From positions 1-64,000 of the forward strand of contig NW_026782949.1 in assembly GCF_031769215.1 (NCBI RefSeq): a stretch of 64,000 bases of DNA, written 5' to 3'. The notes below the pieces were generated by a model, which did no database searches, had not been told where the DNA came from, and was given only the letters and a program-made list of their open reading frames with translations. The position numbers and the translations under genes are program-made. This DNA comes from Ylistrum balloti. Its lineage: Eukaryota. Positions 1 through 11,600 of this stretch are shown one piece after another. Positions within the stretch are counted from its first letter, which is position 1; every line of letters starts with the position of its first letter.

Positions 1-358
1 AGCTATTTATCCTTTGGATTGTAGTAATATAGCTTTGCGGTTATTTGTGAACATTTTTCATTACGTTTAGCCTTTCAGTACTTTCAGTACTTTGATTTTG
101 ATATTTCTGTCGACCTATTTTCAGTTTGCTCTGTCGTGTGCTATGTATCAACACCTAGGTTCCGTAACAGCTGTATGATGACTCATTATCATATTTCATA
201 TATATATATATATATCGAGACATACATTGTTTTTTTAAACACACTGTGTCCAAAACAGCTGTACGGTGCGTTGGCCCTGTAGTCTCATTTCAAATTTGTA
301 TCCACAGACATATCGTTTTTTGTGTCTTTTGAAATACTCGGGGTCCAAAACAGCTGTA

Positions 359-2655
359 GGGGGGACCGGGGCACAGTGAATCATGGGGCACAGTGAATCA
401 TTGATCATTTATAGAATTTGGTTTGTGTTAATAGACTGATGACATCATCAGTATATGTGTATTGAAGAGTTCCTGCCAAATTGTCTTGCAGTATCAGTTA
501 TCTGGAGCCAGAAAAAAAATTGCAAGGTAAAGTATGTTTTACACCCCCAAAAGTAAATTTTTGTGCTCTCAATCCCTTTGAGATACTCACTTGATAGTCA
601 GTTGATAGACACTCAATCATATTTCATTAGTTACATGGATGTTTGGAGATGTTGACGAAGTTGTGTTATCCATGTGATACTAAGCCTTGTCAGGATGGTG
701 GTCACATGATTAAAATATGACCATATGGGGCACAGTGAATCGGGGCACAGTGGCTCACTTTGAATAGTGATTCAGTGTGCCCCGAGTAATGTTTTTTTTC
801 TTTATCTCAACTCTTGGCATTGATTACTTTGACTTTTCACTTACTATGCAGATAAAAGTTAATTAGTATAATTGCATATTATATTCTTTTTCAGCATCAT
901 AAAATATGGTGCGTAATAGAAATAAAGAGGATAGGAAAATTGGAAAGACTACCAGTACTAAAATGAAAGAGGCCGTTCAGAAAGTTATAGGAGAACAAAG
1001 GAGTATTAGAAATGTCTGCAAGTCATATGATATTCATTTTTCAACCTTGCGTCGTTATGTACAGAGAGCACGGGAACATGGAAACAGAGAATCTATGTCA
1101 TATTCACCAAATTACAGCTGCCGTCAGGTTTTTACTGAAGAAGAAATACTTCTACAGGAATATCTTATCAAAGCCTCTAAAATGCACTATGGGTTGACAC
1201 GACAGCAAGTGCGTGAATTAGCATTGATCGCAATGATAAAGTATTTCCGGAGTCTTGGAGGCAGAACAGACGTGCTGGTGAAGATTGGTTTGCTGGGTAT
1301 ATGAAAAGGTATCCTAACCTGTCCTTACGTCGTCCAGAAGCAACCAGCTTATCGCGTGCCACAAGTTTCAACAAGAAAAATGTAAAAGACTTCTTTGATA
1401 ACCTGGAGAAAATAATGAAGGAACATAATTTCAGTCCAACTGACATATACAATTCAGATGAAACTGGGTGCACAACCGTTCAGAAAGTTGGAAACACTAA
1501 AGTAGTTGCTTGTACAAGTGAAAAACAAGTTGGCAAAATCACTTCGGGAGAAAGAGGAACATTAGTAACAATGCTTGGCACAATAAATGCTGCTGGGAAT
1601 TCAGTACCGCCATTCTTGGTATTTCCTCGTGTGCATTTCAAACAATCCATGCTATATGGAGCTCCGCCTGGAACTGTTGGTGTAGCAAATCCATCAGGAT
1701 GGATGACCTCAGAGAACTTTACTGTATATATGCAACACTTTATTAAGGCAACCAAATGCTCGAAAGAGCGTCCTGTTCTGTTGATATTAGATAATCATGA
1801 ATCTCATATATCAATTGAAACAATTTTCCTTGCCAAGGATAATGGTGTTACTATGTTAACACTTCCGCCTCACTGTAGTCACAAAATGCAGCCCCTAGAC
1901 CGTTCTGTGTATGGTCCTTTCAAGAGCCTCTACACCAAGGCAGCAAATGATTTTATGATAAGTCACCCTGGCCAGCCAATCACAATTCATAATGTAAGTC
2001 AGATTATCGGCAAAGCTTACCCACTGGCATTTACTCCAAGGAATATCAATTCCGGATTCAAAATATCTGGTATCCATCCTTTTGACGCCAACATCTTCAG
2101 TGATGAAGATTTCATGTGCTCATACGTAACAGATAGGCCAATAACTGAAAACGTCACACATGTTGCTGTCAATGGATAGACAGTTCCTTTACTTACGATG
2201 TTTTAGTGGCAATTTTACTCATGTGAATTTAGAAGACACCTAGTCACACATGTTGTTGTCATTGGTTAGATAATTTTGTGGTCTAAATTACTGCATTTAG
2301 ACTGAATTTGGTTTTTCTTAATTATTGAATAAATAATTCTGTTTGCAAAACATTTATGTTTGTAATTTTTTATCCTTTTTAGAGAAAAAAAATCCACTGA
2401 TTTCACTGTCTGATTCACAGTGCCCCAGCTGATGGTCCACTGTTCCCCGGTGCCAGGGCACAGTGAATCAGCTTTTTTAAAAAATTCAAACACTTGTATA
2501 TTTAAAATTGTCAAAGTTGGCATGTAATATTTGCCATGTTTAAACACTGACCATGGGTCATTATCGTTTGCACTTAAAAGACAATCAATTCTGCCTTTTG
2601 ATAAGGAGTAATATTCAAAAACAACTTTTCCGATTCACTGTGCCCCGGTCTCCCC
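359..2655 (+). mobile_element. pogo/Tigger-type (Tc1-mariner superfamily) DNA transposon with TIRs and TA target duplication
   Basis: Left end TA|GGGGGGACCGGGGCACAGTGAATC (TA at 357-358). Right end GATTCACTGTGCCCCGGTCTCCCC|TA (TA at 2656-2657), one mismatch between TIRs. Subterminal copies of GGGGCACAGTGAATC near 385, 727, 770, 2410 and 2455. Confidence 0.93.
906..2179 (+). pseudogene. pogo-like DDE_1 transposase (psq-type HTH + CENP-B-like HTH + DDD core), frameshifted near 1220-1235
   Basis: ORF 906-1304 carries KMKEAVQKV..SIRNVCKSYDIHFSTLRRYV. The other frame reads KVFPESWRQNRRAGEDWFAGYMKRYPNLSLRRPEATS into ORF 1301-2179 with YNSDETG, LDNHESH and QPLD catalytic motifs. Confidence 0.88.
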
Positions 2656-2713
2656 TACGGTGCGTTCGCCCTGTAGTCTCATTTCAAATATGTATCGAAA
2701 CATACGTTGATTT

Positions 2714-2756
2714 CAGAGACGTATATATCACATGTGATGTGATATATACGTCTCTG
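2714..2756. mobile_element. 43-bp perfect hairpin mini-element with 8-bp target duplication (hAT-like)
   Basis: CAGAGACGTATATATCACAT-gtg-ATGTGATATATACGTCTCTG, flanked by GTTGATTT at 2706-2713 and 2757-2764. Confidence 0.75.
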
Positions 2757-2934
2757 GTTGATTTCGGTGTCTTTTGAAACATAATGCGTGTCTTTAGTGC
2801 AACCTAAGACATTAATTATCTAAATCAACACAAGAAAAAGACATATATCGATTAAAATGATTTACCATACGTAGTTGTTCAGGTATTGTCACAAACTACA
2901 TGTACAACAGATCCAAGCTGTGGTATATGATTCG

Positions 2935-3195
2935 GGCCGCGGTAGCCAAGTGGCCTTATCACTAAGCCTCCGTTATTCCCCCTGTGTCCGAGTATCGTCT
3001 CACCGACGAACGTCAGTGTTCTGGCGACGTCTAGGTCGGGAGTTGGAGGCCTACGTTGGGCAGGCGCCAGGTACTGGCCTCAGGTCGGTGTTTTTTTCCC
3101 TCCGGAAACTCTGTGTTTACTTCACCAACCAAATCTGTCACGTCCTTGAATGACCTTGACTATTAATAGAACGTAAAACAATAACAAACCAAACG
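2935..3195 (+). mobile_element. Probable tRNA-derived SINE
   Basis: GC-rich island starting GGGCCGCGGTAGCCAAGTGG (A-box-like) and ending in an A/C-rich simple tail (gtaaaacaataacaaaccaaac). B-box not clearly identified. Confidence 0.4.
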
Positions 3196-3740
3196 AGATC
3201 AGAAGAAGCGATTTGCATGAAGTGTATCTCTTTGTTACAGTTCCATAATCGCTGTAATCGTTCTGACCTCTATCCTTGTTGGAATTGGCGCACTTTTCTG
3301 TATTGGAGGTGTATGTTTCTGTTGCTATAAGAAATGTAGTGGTAAGTAGTGATCTTTGTACCGTCATATTATAGTGTTGATCTGTTAAGATAAATTAGGC
3401 GTTTCACGCAATAAGAAATATTGAAGAACAAATATATTATTTTGCTGAAAAAAAATCAAAATAGGTCTTCTTATGATAAAGTTGTTCCTTCGTAATACAA
3501 TCATTGTTAATTGGTATCAGCAGGGACGTTTAATATAGATTGTATTATACGTCCCTGGTATCAATGTTTTTTTTTATTTCTCTTAACTTTTCAAAATAGC
3601 TCACTCTATTTTTTTTGTTTCCATTAAAAAAATTATTTAAAAGTGGGATATATAATATGTTGATCAATATCACAGAAGATTTTGAAGTAAATTAAGGTTT
3701 TCTCCCTTTCTATTCTTGGTTTCAAAATGTAGGCTCTTAG

Positions 3741-5038
3741 CATCACTGACAGACCTAAAAGGACAAAACATCTGTATAAAGTACCATCATTGACAGTCCT
3801 AAAAGGACGAAACATCTGTATAAAGTACCATCATTGACAGTCCTAAAAGGACAAAACATCTGTATGATGTACCATCACTGACAGTCCTAAAAGGACAAAA
3901 CATCTGTATGATGTACCATCACTGACAGTCCTAAAAGGACAAAACATCTGTATGATGTACCATCACTGACAGTCCTATAAGGACAAAACATCTGTATGAT
4001 GTACCATCACTGACAGTCCTATAAGGACGAAACATCTGTATGATGTACCATCACTGACAGTCCTATAAGGCCGAAACATCTGTATGATGTACCATCACTG
4101 ACAGTCCTATAAGGACGAAACATCTGTATGATGTACCATCACTGACAGTCCTATAAGGACGAAACATCTGTATGATGTACCATCACTGACAGTCCTATAA
4201 GGACCAAACATCTGTATGATGTACAATCACTGACAGTCCTATAAGGCCGAAACATCTGTATGATGTACCATCACTGACAGTCCTATAAGGCCGAAACATC
4301 TGTATGATGTACCATCACTGACAGTCCTATAAGGACGAAACATCTGTATGATGTACCATCACTGACAGTCCTATAAGGCCGAAACATCTGTATGATGTAC
4401 CATCACTGACAGTCCTATAAGGCCGAAACATCTGTATGATGTACCATCACTGACAGTCCTATAAGGACGAAACATCTGTATGATGTACCATCACTGACAG
4501 TCCTATAAGGCCTATAAGGAAACATCTGTATGATGTACCATCACTGACAGTCCTATAAGGAAACACTGTATGATGTACCATCAAACATCTGTATGATGTA
4601 CCATCACTGACAGTCCTATAAGGACGAAACATCTGTATGATGTACCATCACTGACAGTCCTATAAGGACGAAACATCTGTATGATGTACCATCACTGACA
4701 GTCTTATAAGGACGAAACATCTGTATGATGTACCATCACTGACAGTCCTATAAGGACAAAACATCTGTATGATGTACCATCACTGACGAGTCCTAAAAGG
4801 ACGAAACATCTGTATGATGTACCATCACTGACAGTCCTATAAGGACAAAACATCTGTATGATGTATCATCACTGACAGTCCTATAAGGACCAAACATCTG
4901 TATGATGTACCATCACTGACAGTCCTATAAGGACGAAACATCTGTATGATGTACCATCACTGACAGTCCTATAAGGATGAAACATCTGTATGATGTACCA
5001 TCATTGACAGTCCTATAAGGACAAAACATCTGTATGAT
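3741..5038. repeat. 44-bp minisatellite array, ~29 copies
   Basis: Unit AAACATCTGTATGATGTACCATCACTGACAGTCCTATAAGGACG, period 44 (e.g. 4030 to 4074), with slippage irregularities at ~4500-4590. Confidence 0.97.
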
Positions 5039-5759
5039 TCAGTTTACTTCCTTATTTGGCTCTTCTTATCTAATTCTTCACTGAAAGATGTAGATCTCAC
5101 TTATGTGTCTTTTGCAAGTCAATCACTGTGAATGTAGTTCATGGAAGAATGTATGATATTGTACAATGTTACAGTATTTAAATAATACATTACCAATCTC
5201 AATATTTACGAACTCATTTTGCAATCCAAACAAATAAAACTTCAGGAATGTAAATTCATAGACCTTCATTTGCAAATCTTTTTTGGTGTGCAAATTTAAT
5301 TTTTTGAAATTAATGGCAAAAAATTTACACTTAACAAAAGTCGAGTTTTTCAAATACACAGGGAGAGTTGACAAGTATACAGTCTTCAGGAAAACACTTC
5401 TAATTACTGTATAAGCTTTGTATTGTTTTGACAGTATCTATTGTATATTACAGATGGCTGTTATGTGTAGGATGATGCGGTGCTGAATATATTGGATCAA
5501 TAATACCACCACCACTTGCCACCATTCATTTGTTTTGATACTGTTCTCATGATGCTTTCACCAAAGACATTCTATTGGTGAAATGAGTGTTTGGGGCAGG
5601 CCAAGAGATTTATGAATGAAAATGCACTTTGTGTGTAATGTCTTGTCATTTTGAGTGTTGTGAGTGTTTGAGTAATTTGAAAGTATCTTTAACTTTGATG
5701 ATATTGTGCTTGACCAAACATTCAGTTTCTCAAATGTTTAAATGTTTATTTTTAATAAT

Positions 5760-6240
5760 TAGCTCCTGCCCTCCTCCTGAAACAAAGTTAAGGGTGGAGG
5801 GGTGTATACTGGAATCAGCTTGTCTCTCTGTCTATCCCTAAAACAAACTTATCCTGACAACTCTTCCTAAGCTTGCAATTTAAATGAAACAGTAATGTTA
5901 GCTAACATGTATAGATGTGCATGCAAATGTTTTGTTCCAAATCTTTTGGTTGCCATAGCAACTGATCACTATGAACAGATTTTCTTACAAACTGATCACT
6001 GTCCAGATAACTCCTCCAAAGCTTGTGGAGCAATTTCATAAAAAACTACACAGAAATGTTTCAAGAATGTTAGCCACCATGTATAAGTGTGTGCTCAAGG
6101 GGCAAGATCTGCAGTTTGATTCCCTTTCAGCTGCCTACAGATGACTTTTTATTTTAAGTCCCTGTCACCTAAGAAAGCTTCAGACCTAATTTGGACAAAA
6201 TCCAACTCATTCCTACAAAAGAGAAGGGATTTCAGAGAAT
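5760..6240. mobile_element. Degenerate non-autonomous interspersed repeat (Helentron/HINE- or pearl-like)
   Basis: Starts TTAGCTC...GGGTGTATACTGGAATCAGCTTGTC, resembling common bivalve non-autonomous elements. Recognised by motif only. Confidence 0.3.
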
Positions 6241-8149
6241 TTGCTTTATTTGACCATTTGAACTTTGCCTCTCCTGCACCAAAGGTCACAACCAATCGTT
6301 TGTAGAAACTGTATCCCCCTTTACCGAGAATGCTTCAGAAACAAATTGGGACAGAACTGGGCATTCCTAAAGTGTGACCATCACAATGTTAATTTCTATC
6401 TCTGGATAGTTAGAAACACTATTTACAAGTTAATAATTTATACTGAAAATATTTTATTTGCTTCAGCTGAAAAAAGACTCCAACAAAACATTTTGTCTTT
6501 TTTTAAGATATTCTATAAATAATAAATACTTGTTTTACAAGAAAAAGGGTAGATCTGAATGTCTGTCATTTAATTTTATTAATTTATTACCAGTACTGGT
6601 ACTGATATATGGAGTAAAAACAAGAACATCATCATGAGGGTTGAAAGTTTTAATATCTTTGTGTTTGGGTTACAAACAAACAATGTCTTCCTCTCCACTA
6701 CCCCAACCCCACTAACAAATATCCTGTATATTTAATTCTGGAATTATTCACTGAACCTTTCAATTCATGAAATAAAACATAGTTTAGTGGATCTAGAAGA
6801 CTACATAATTTTTAAAAATATAAATTAAAGGGAAAAAGACAGTGAAGTCTGCAATTACAAATGATCACTAACATGATTCCTAATACCGGTATGTAGTCAT
6901 CACAGGAATATATTGCATTTTGTCATTTTCGTCAGACCAAATATACAGATATTATATCTGCAATTGCAACTGCATTGTTACATATTTCTGAGAAATTTTC
7001 AGAGTAAAAACATGATCACCTATTCTGACAGGTCGGAATATAGATGTTTATGTTAGGATGCTGGAGATGACTTGGTTGAGTGTTTGGTATGAATACATTT
7101 TACATTACCTTGTTTAAATATCACACTGAAATATGACCATAGTGATTTAAGAAAAAATTGTATGCACAGTAAATATCAATGATAATAAAATATTTTATAA
7201 ACTATCACTGATGAGTTTGTCAATTTTTTCAGAGTATAGTTGCCTGTTCAAACTGAATATATCTATCAGCTTAAGTTGTTTAAAGAGTAAGCACTCAAAT
7301 TTTGGCACATTTGAAATTATAGTCTCTCTAGGGATTGTATTGATGCAGAGCAGTGTCTTGAATGATAGCAGCATTATATACAGAATTAGACTGCCGTTTG
7401 GTAGTGTGATGAAAAATTGTTAATTACACACGGTTTGAAAATAAACTGAAAGTGTGGCAAGTTTAGCTTAAATAGTTATGATTGCTGTACTGTTAGAAAA
7501 AAGAAAGTGAAATGGAGAAATGATCATAGAGAAAATAACTAGTGAATTCAGGAATTGAAGTTCAGTTTACCACATGCTGACTGGAGTCTAGTAACAGAGA
7601 TCTACATAAAACTGTAGAGTTTGTAATATTTGTGGGGAATTTAATCTCGCTATATTTGCAGTTAATTAAGAAGAATGAAAATAAATAATTTTAAAATGAA
7701 TCAAAATATAAGGAAAAAGACGTTCTGCCCAACAGGTATACACTGATATAAACTGATAGATGTATAAAAATGTAATACATATGAACTAACCGAAACAGGG
7801 ACAACCATGTAATATTTAGCCCAGGAAGTTAACTAACTGTAAAGTATAAGAGAAAATGATTCTACAACATCTATTTCTACTTTTAAGTTTTATTTTTCAA
7901 TGTAATACATGTACTTAGAATTTGAACTCTAATCCTAACATAGATATTTATTTTGTCTACTTTCAAATCTACAAAATGCAGTGAAATTGGTCTAAAAAAA
8001 CTACCTTAATTTTAATTTTACAAGTTCCCCATGCTATGTCAATCAAGAGGGGTTTGATTCATTGAGATATTTGATTTCTAGACTTACAACAACACTATTG
8101 TTTCAATTTATGCAAAGTCAATATTTAGTTCTTAATAATTTTGAGCAAA

Positions 8150-8380
8150 TATTCTAGGTAATATACTTGCTTCAATAATCCATAACCATATCCTAATAAT
8201 GAGACCAATCATTTATACAAACTATGTTCCCCTTCTCCAAAGGATGCTTCTGACAAAATTTGGTCAAAATCCTCTCAAATTTTCATGACTATTAGTGATT
8301 TGTAGAAAAAGTTGATGGACAGAAGACAGACACAGTGGTATACCAATAGCTAAATTGGCCCTTTGGGCCAGTTGAGCTTA
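8150..8380 (+). mobile_element. 3' end of a Helentron/HINE-like non-autonomous element
   Basis: Terminal stem-loop TGGCCC-TTT-GGGCCA (8356-8370) framed by ATAGCT..GAGCTTA and preceded by a GACAGA-type microsatellite. Confidence 0.4.
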
Positions 8381-8605
8381 CAACTAGAAGTATTATTTCA
8401 TTTATCTACTGGCATATGAAATGTAACCATGGCTACAGTCTCAACATCTTGATAAATTTAGGACGGAATCAATTCATCACATATACACTGTCATCACTGC
8501 ATTTGGTGACAAATTTCAGCAGCACTTGAAAATCTTCTCACCAGTGATAATGGAATGACCGAAGAAAAAGACAGTCATTGTCTATTACACGACTAAAGCG
8601 TAGGT

Positions 8606-11600
8606 CTACGTTCCCGTCATTGGCTTGCTACGGTTTACAATGGAATTAAACTTTGGTCGTTTTTTCAATTCTTCTGATTTACTGAGTGAGAACTTGTTGG
8701 AGAGCCCAGGACTCCTGTGGAAGTTTAAAAAGGAAATGTTTTAATACACAGTCAGTTTATTTACTTATAAAAACAAACACAAATGTCAGAACAGTATGTA
8801 TTGTCCACCTATTCTAAACATAGGAAATACATGATGTATTGTTTTTTGGACAATCAAGGATTTCTAAAAAATCTTGATCCATTTCAAATAGTTTTTAAAG
8901 TCAATCTTATCTTTTGAGCCAAAGACTTGTATGTTGAACTGAGAAGGTTGTTTTTACAGTTCAATTCTATCAGTTTTACCCACTGTTATAACACAAAGTA
9001 AGATTTTTTTTTTCATGGAAATCAATTTTTGAGTTTTTATTCCACCTTGAAAAAAACAACAACAGTAAGATAACTTCGGGTGCTACAGCATAAATATCAC
9101 AACACATAGGTGGTAAACTGACCACAATCATAACACAGAGGTGGTAAACTGACCACAATCATAACACAGAGGTGGTAAACTGTCCACAATCATAACACAG
9201 AGGTGGTAAACTGTCTACAATCATAACACAGAGATGGTAAACTGTCTACAATCATAACACAGAGGTGGTAAACTGTCTACAATCATAACACAGAGGTGGT
9301 AAACTGACCACAATCATAACACAGAAGTGGTAAACTGTCTACAATCATAACACAGAGGTGGTAAACTGACCACAATCATAACACAGAGATGGTAACTGAC
9401 CACAATCATAACACAGAGGTGGTAAACTGACCACAATCATAACACAGAGGTGGTAAACTGTCCACAATCATAACACAGAGGTGGTAAACTGACCACAATC
9501 ATAACACAGAGGTGGTAAACTGACCACAATCATAACACAGAGATGGTAAACTGATCACAATCATAACACAGAGATGGTAAACTGACCACAATCATAACAC
9601 AGAAGTGGTAAACTGACCACAATCATAACACAGAGGTGGTAAACTGTCTACAATCATAACACAGAGGTGGTAAACTGTCTACAATCATAACACAGAGATG
9701 GTAAACTGACCACAATCATAACACAGAGGTGGTAAACTGACCACAATCATAACACAGAGGTGGTAAACTGTCTACAATCATAACACAGAGGTGGTAAACT
9801 GACCACAATCATAACACAGAGATGGTAAACTGACCACAATCATAACACAGAGGTGGTAAACTGTCTACAATCATAACACAGAGGTGGTAAACTGTCTACA
9901 ATCATAACACAGAGGTGGTAAACTGACCACAATCATAACACAGAGGTGGTAAACTGTCTACAATCATAACACAGAGGTGGTAAACTGTCTACAATCATAA
10001 CACAGAGGTGGTAAACTGTCTACAATCACAACACAGAGGTGGTAAACTGACCACAATCATAACACAGAGGTGGTAAACTGTCTACAATCATAACACAGAG
10101 GTGGTAAACTGTCTACAATCATAACACAGAGGTGGTAAACTGACCACAATCATAACACAGAGGTGGTAAACTGTCTACAATCATAACACAGAGGTGGTAA
10201 ACTGTCTACAATCATAACACAGAGGTGGTAAACTGACCACAATCATAACACAGAGGTGGTAAACTGTCTACAATCATAACACAGAGGTGGTAAACTGACC
10301 ACAATCATAACACAGAGGTGGTAAACTGTCTACAATCATAACACAGAGGTGGTAAACTGACCACAATCATAACACAGAGGTGGTAAACTGTCTACAATCA
10401 TAACACAGAGGTGGTAAACTGTCTACAATCATAACACAGAGGTGGTAAACTGACCACAATCATAACACAGAGGTGGTAAACTGTCTACAATCATAACACA
10501 GAGGTGGTAAACTGTCTACAATCATAACACAGAGGTGGTAAACTGTCTACAATCATAACACAGAGGTGGTAAACTGACCACAATCATAACACAGAGGTGG
10601 TAAACTGACCACAATCATAACACAGAGGTGGTAAACTGTCTACAATCATAACACAGAGGTGGTAAACTGACCACAATCATAACACAGAGGTGGTAAACTG
10701 TCTACAATCATAACACAGAGGTGGTAAACTGTCTACAATCATAACACAGAGGTGGTAAACTGTCTACAATCATAACACAGAAGTGGTAAACTGTCTACAA
10801 TCATAACACAGAGGTGGTAAACTGTCTACAATCATAACACAGAGGTGGTAAACTGTCTACAATCATAACACAGAGATGGTAAACTGTCTACAATCATAAC
10901 ACAGAGGTGGTAAACTGTCTACAGTCATAACACAGAGATGGTAAACTGTCTACAATCATAACACAGAGGTGGTAAACTGACCACAATCATAACACAGAAG
11001 TGGTAAACTGACCTCAATCATATCACAGAGATGGTAAACTGACCACAATCATAACACAGAGATGGTAAACTGTCTACAATCACAACACAGAAGTGGTAAA
11101 CTGTCTACAATCATAACACAGAAGTGGTAAACTGTCTACAATCATAACACATAGGTGGTAAACTGTCTACAGTCATAACACAGAGATGGTAAACTGTCTA
11201 CAATCATAACACAGAGGTGGTAAACTGTCTACAGTCATAACACAGAGATGGTAAACTGTCTACAATCATAACACAGAGGTGGTAAACTGACCACAATCAT
11301 AACACAGAAGTGGTAAACTGACCACAATCATAACACAGAAGTGGTAAACTGACCACAATCATAACACAGAGATGGTAAACTGTCTACAATCACAACACAG
11401 AAGTGGTAAACTGTCTACAATCATAACACAGAAGTGGTAAACTGTCTACAATCATAACACAGAGATGGTAAACTGTCTACAATCATAACACAGAGGTGGT
11501 AAACTGACCACAATCATAACACAGAGGTGGTAAACTGTCTACAATCATAACACAGAGGTGGTAAACTGACCACAATCATAACACAGAGGTGGTAAACTGA

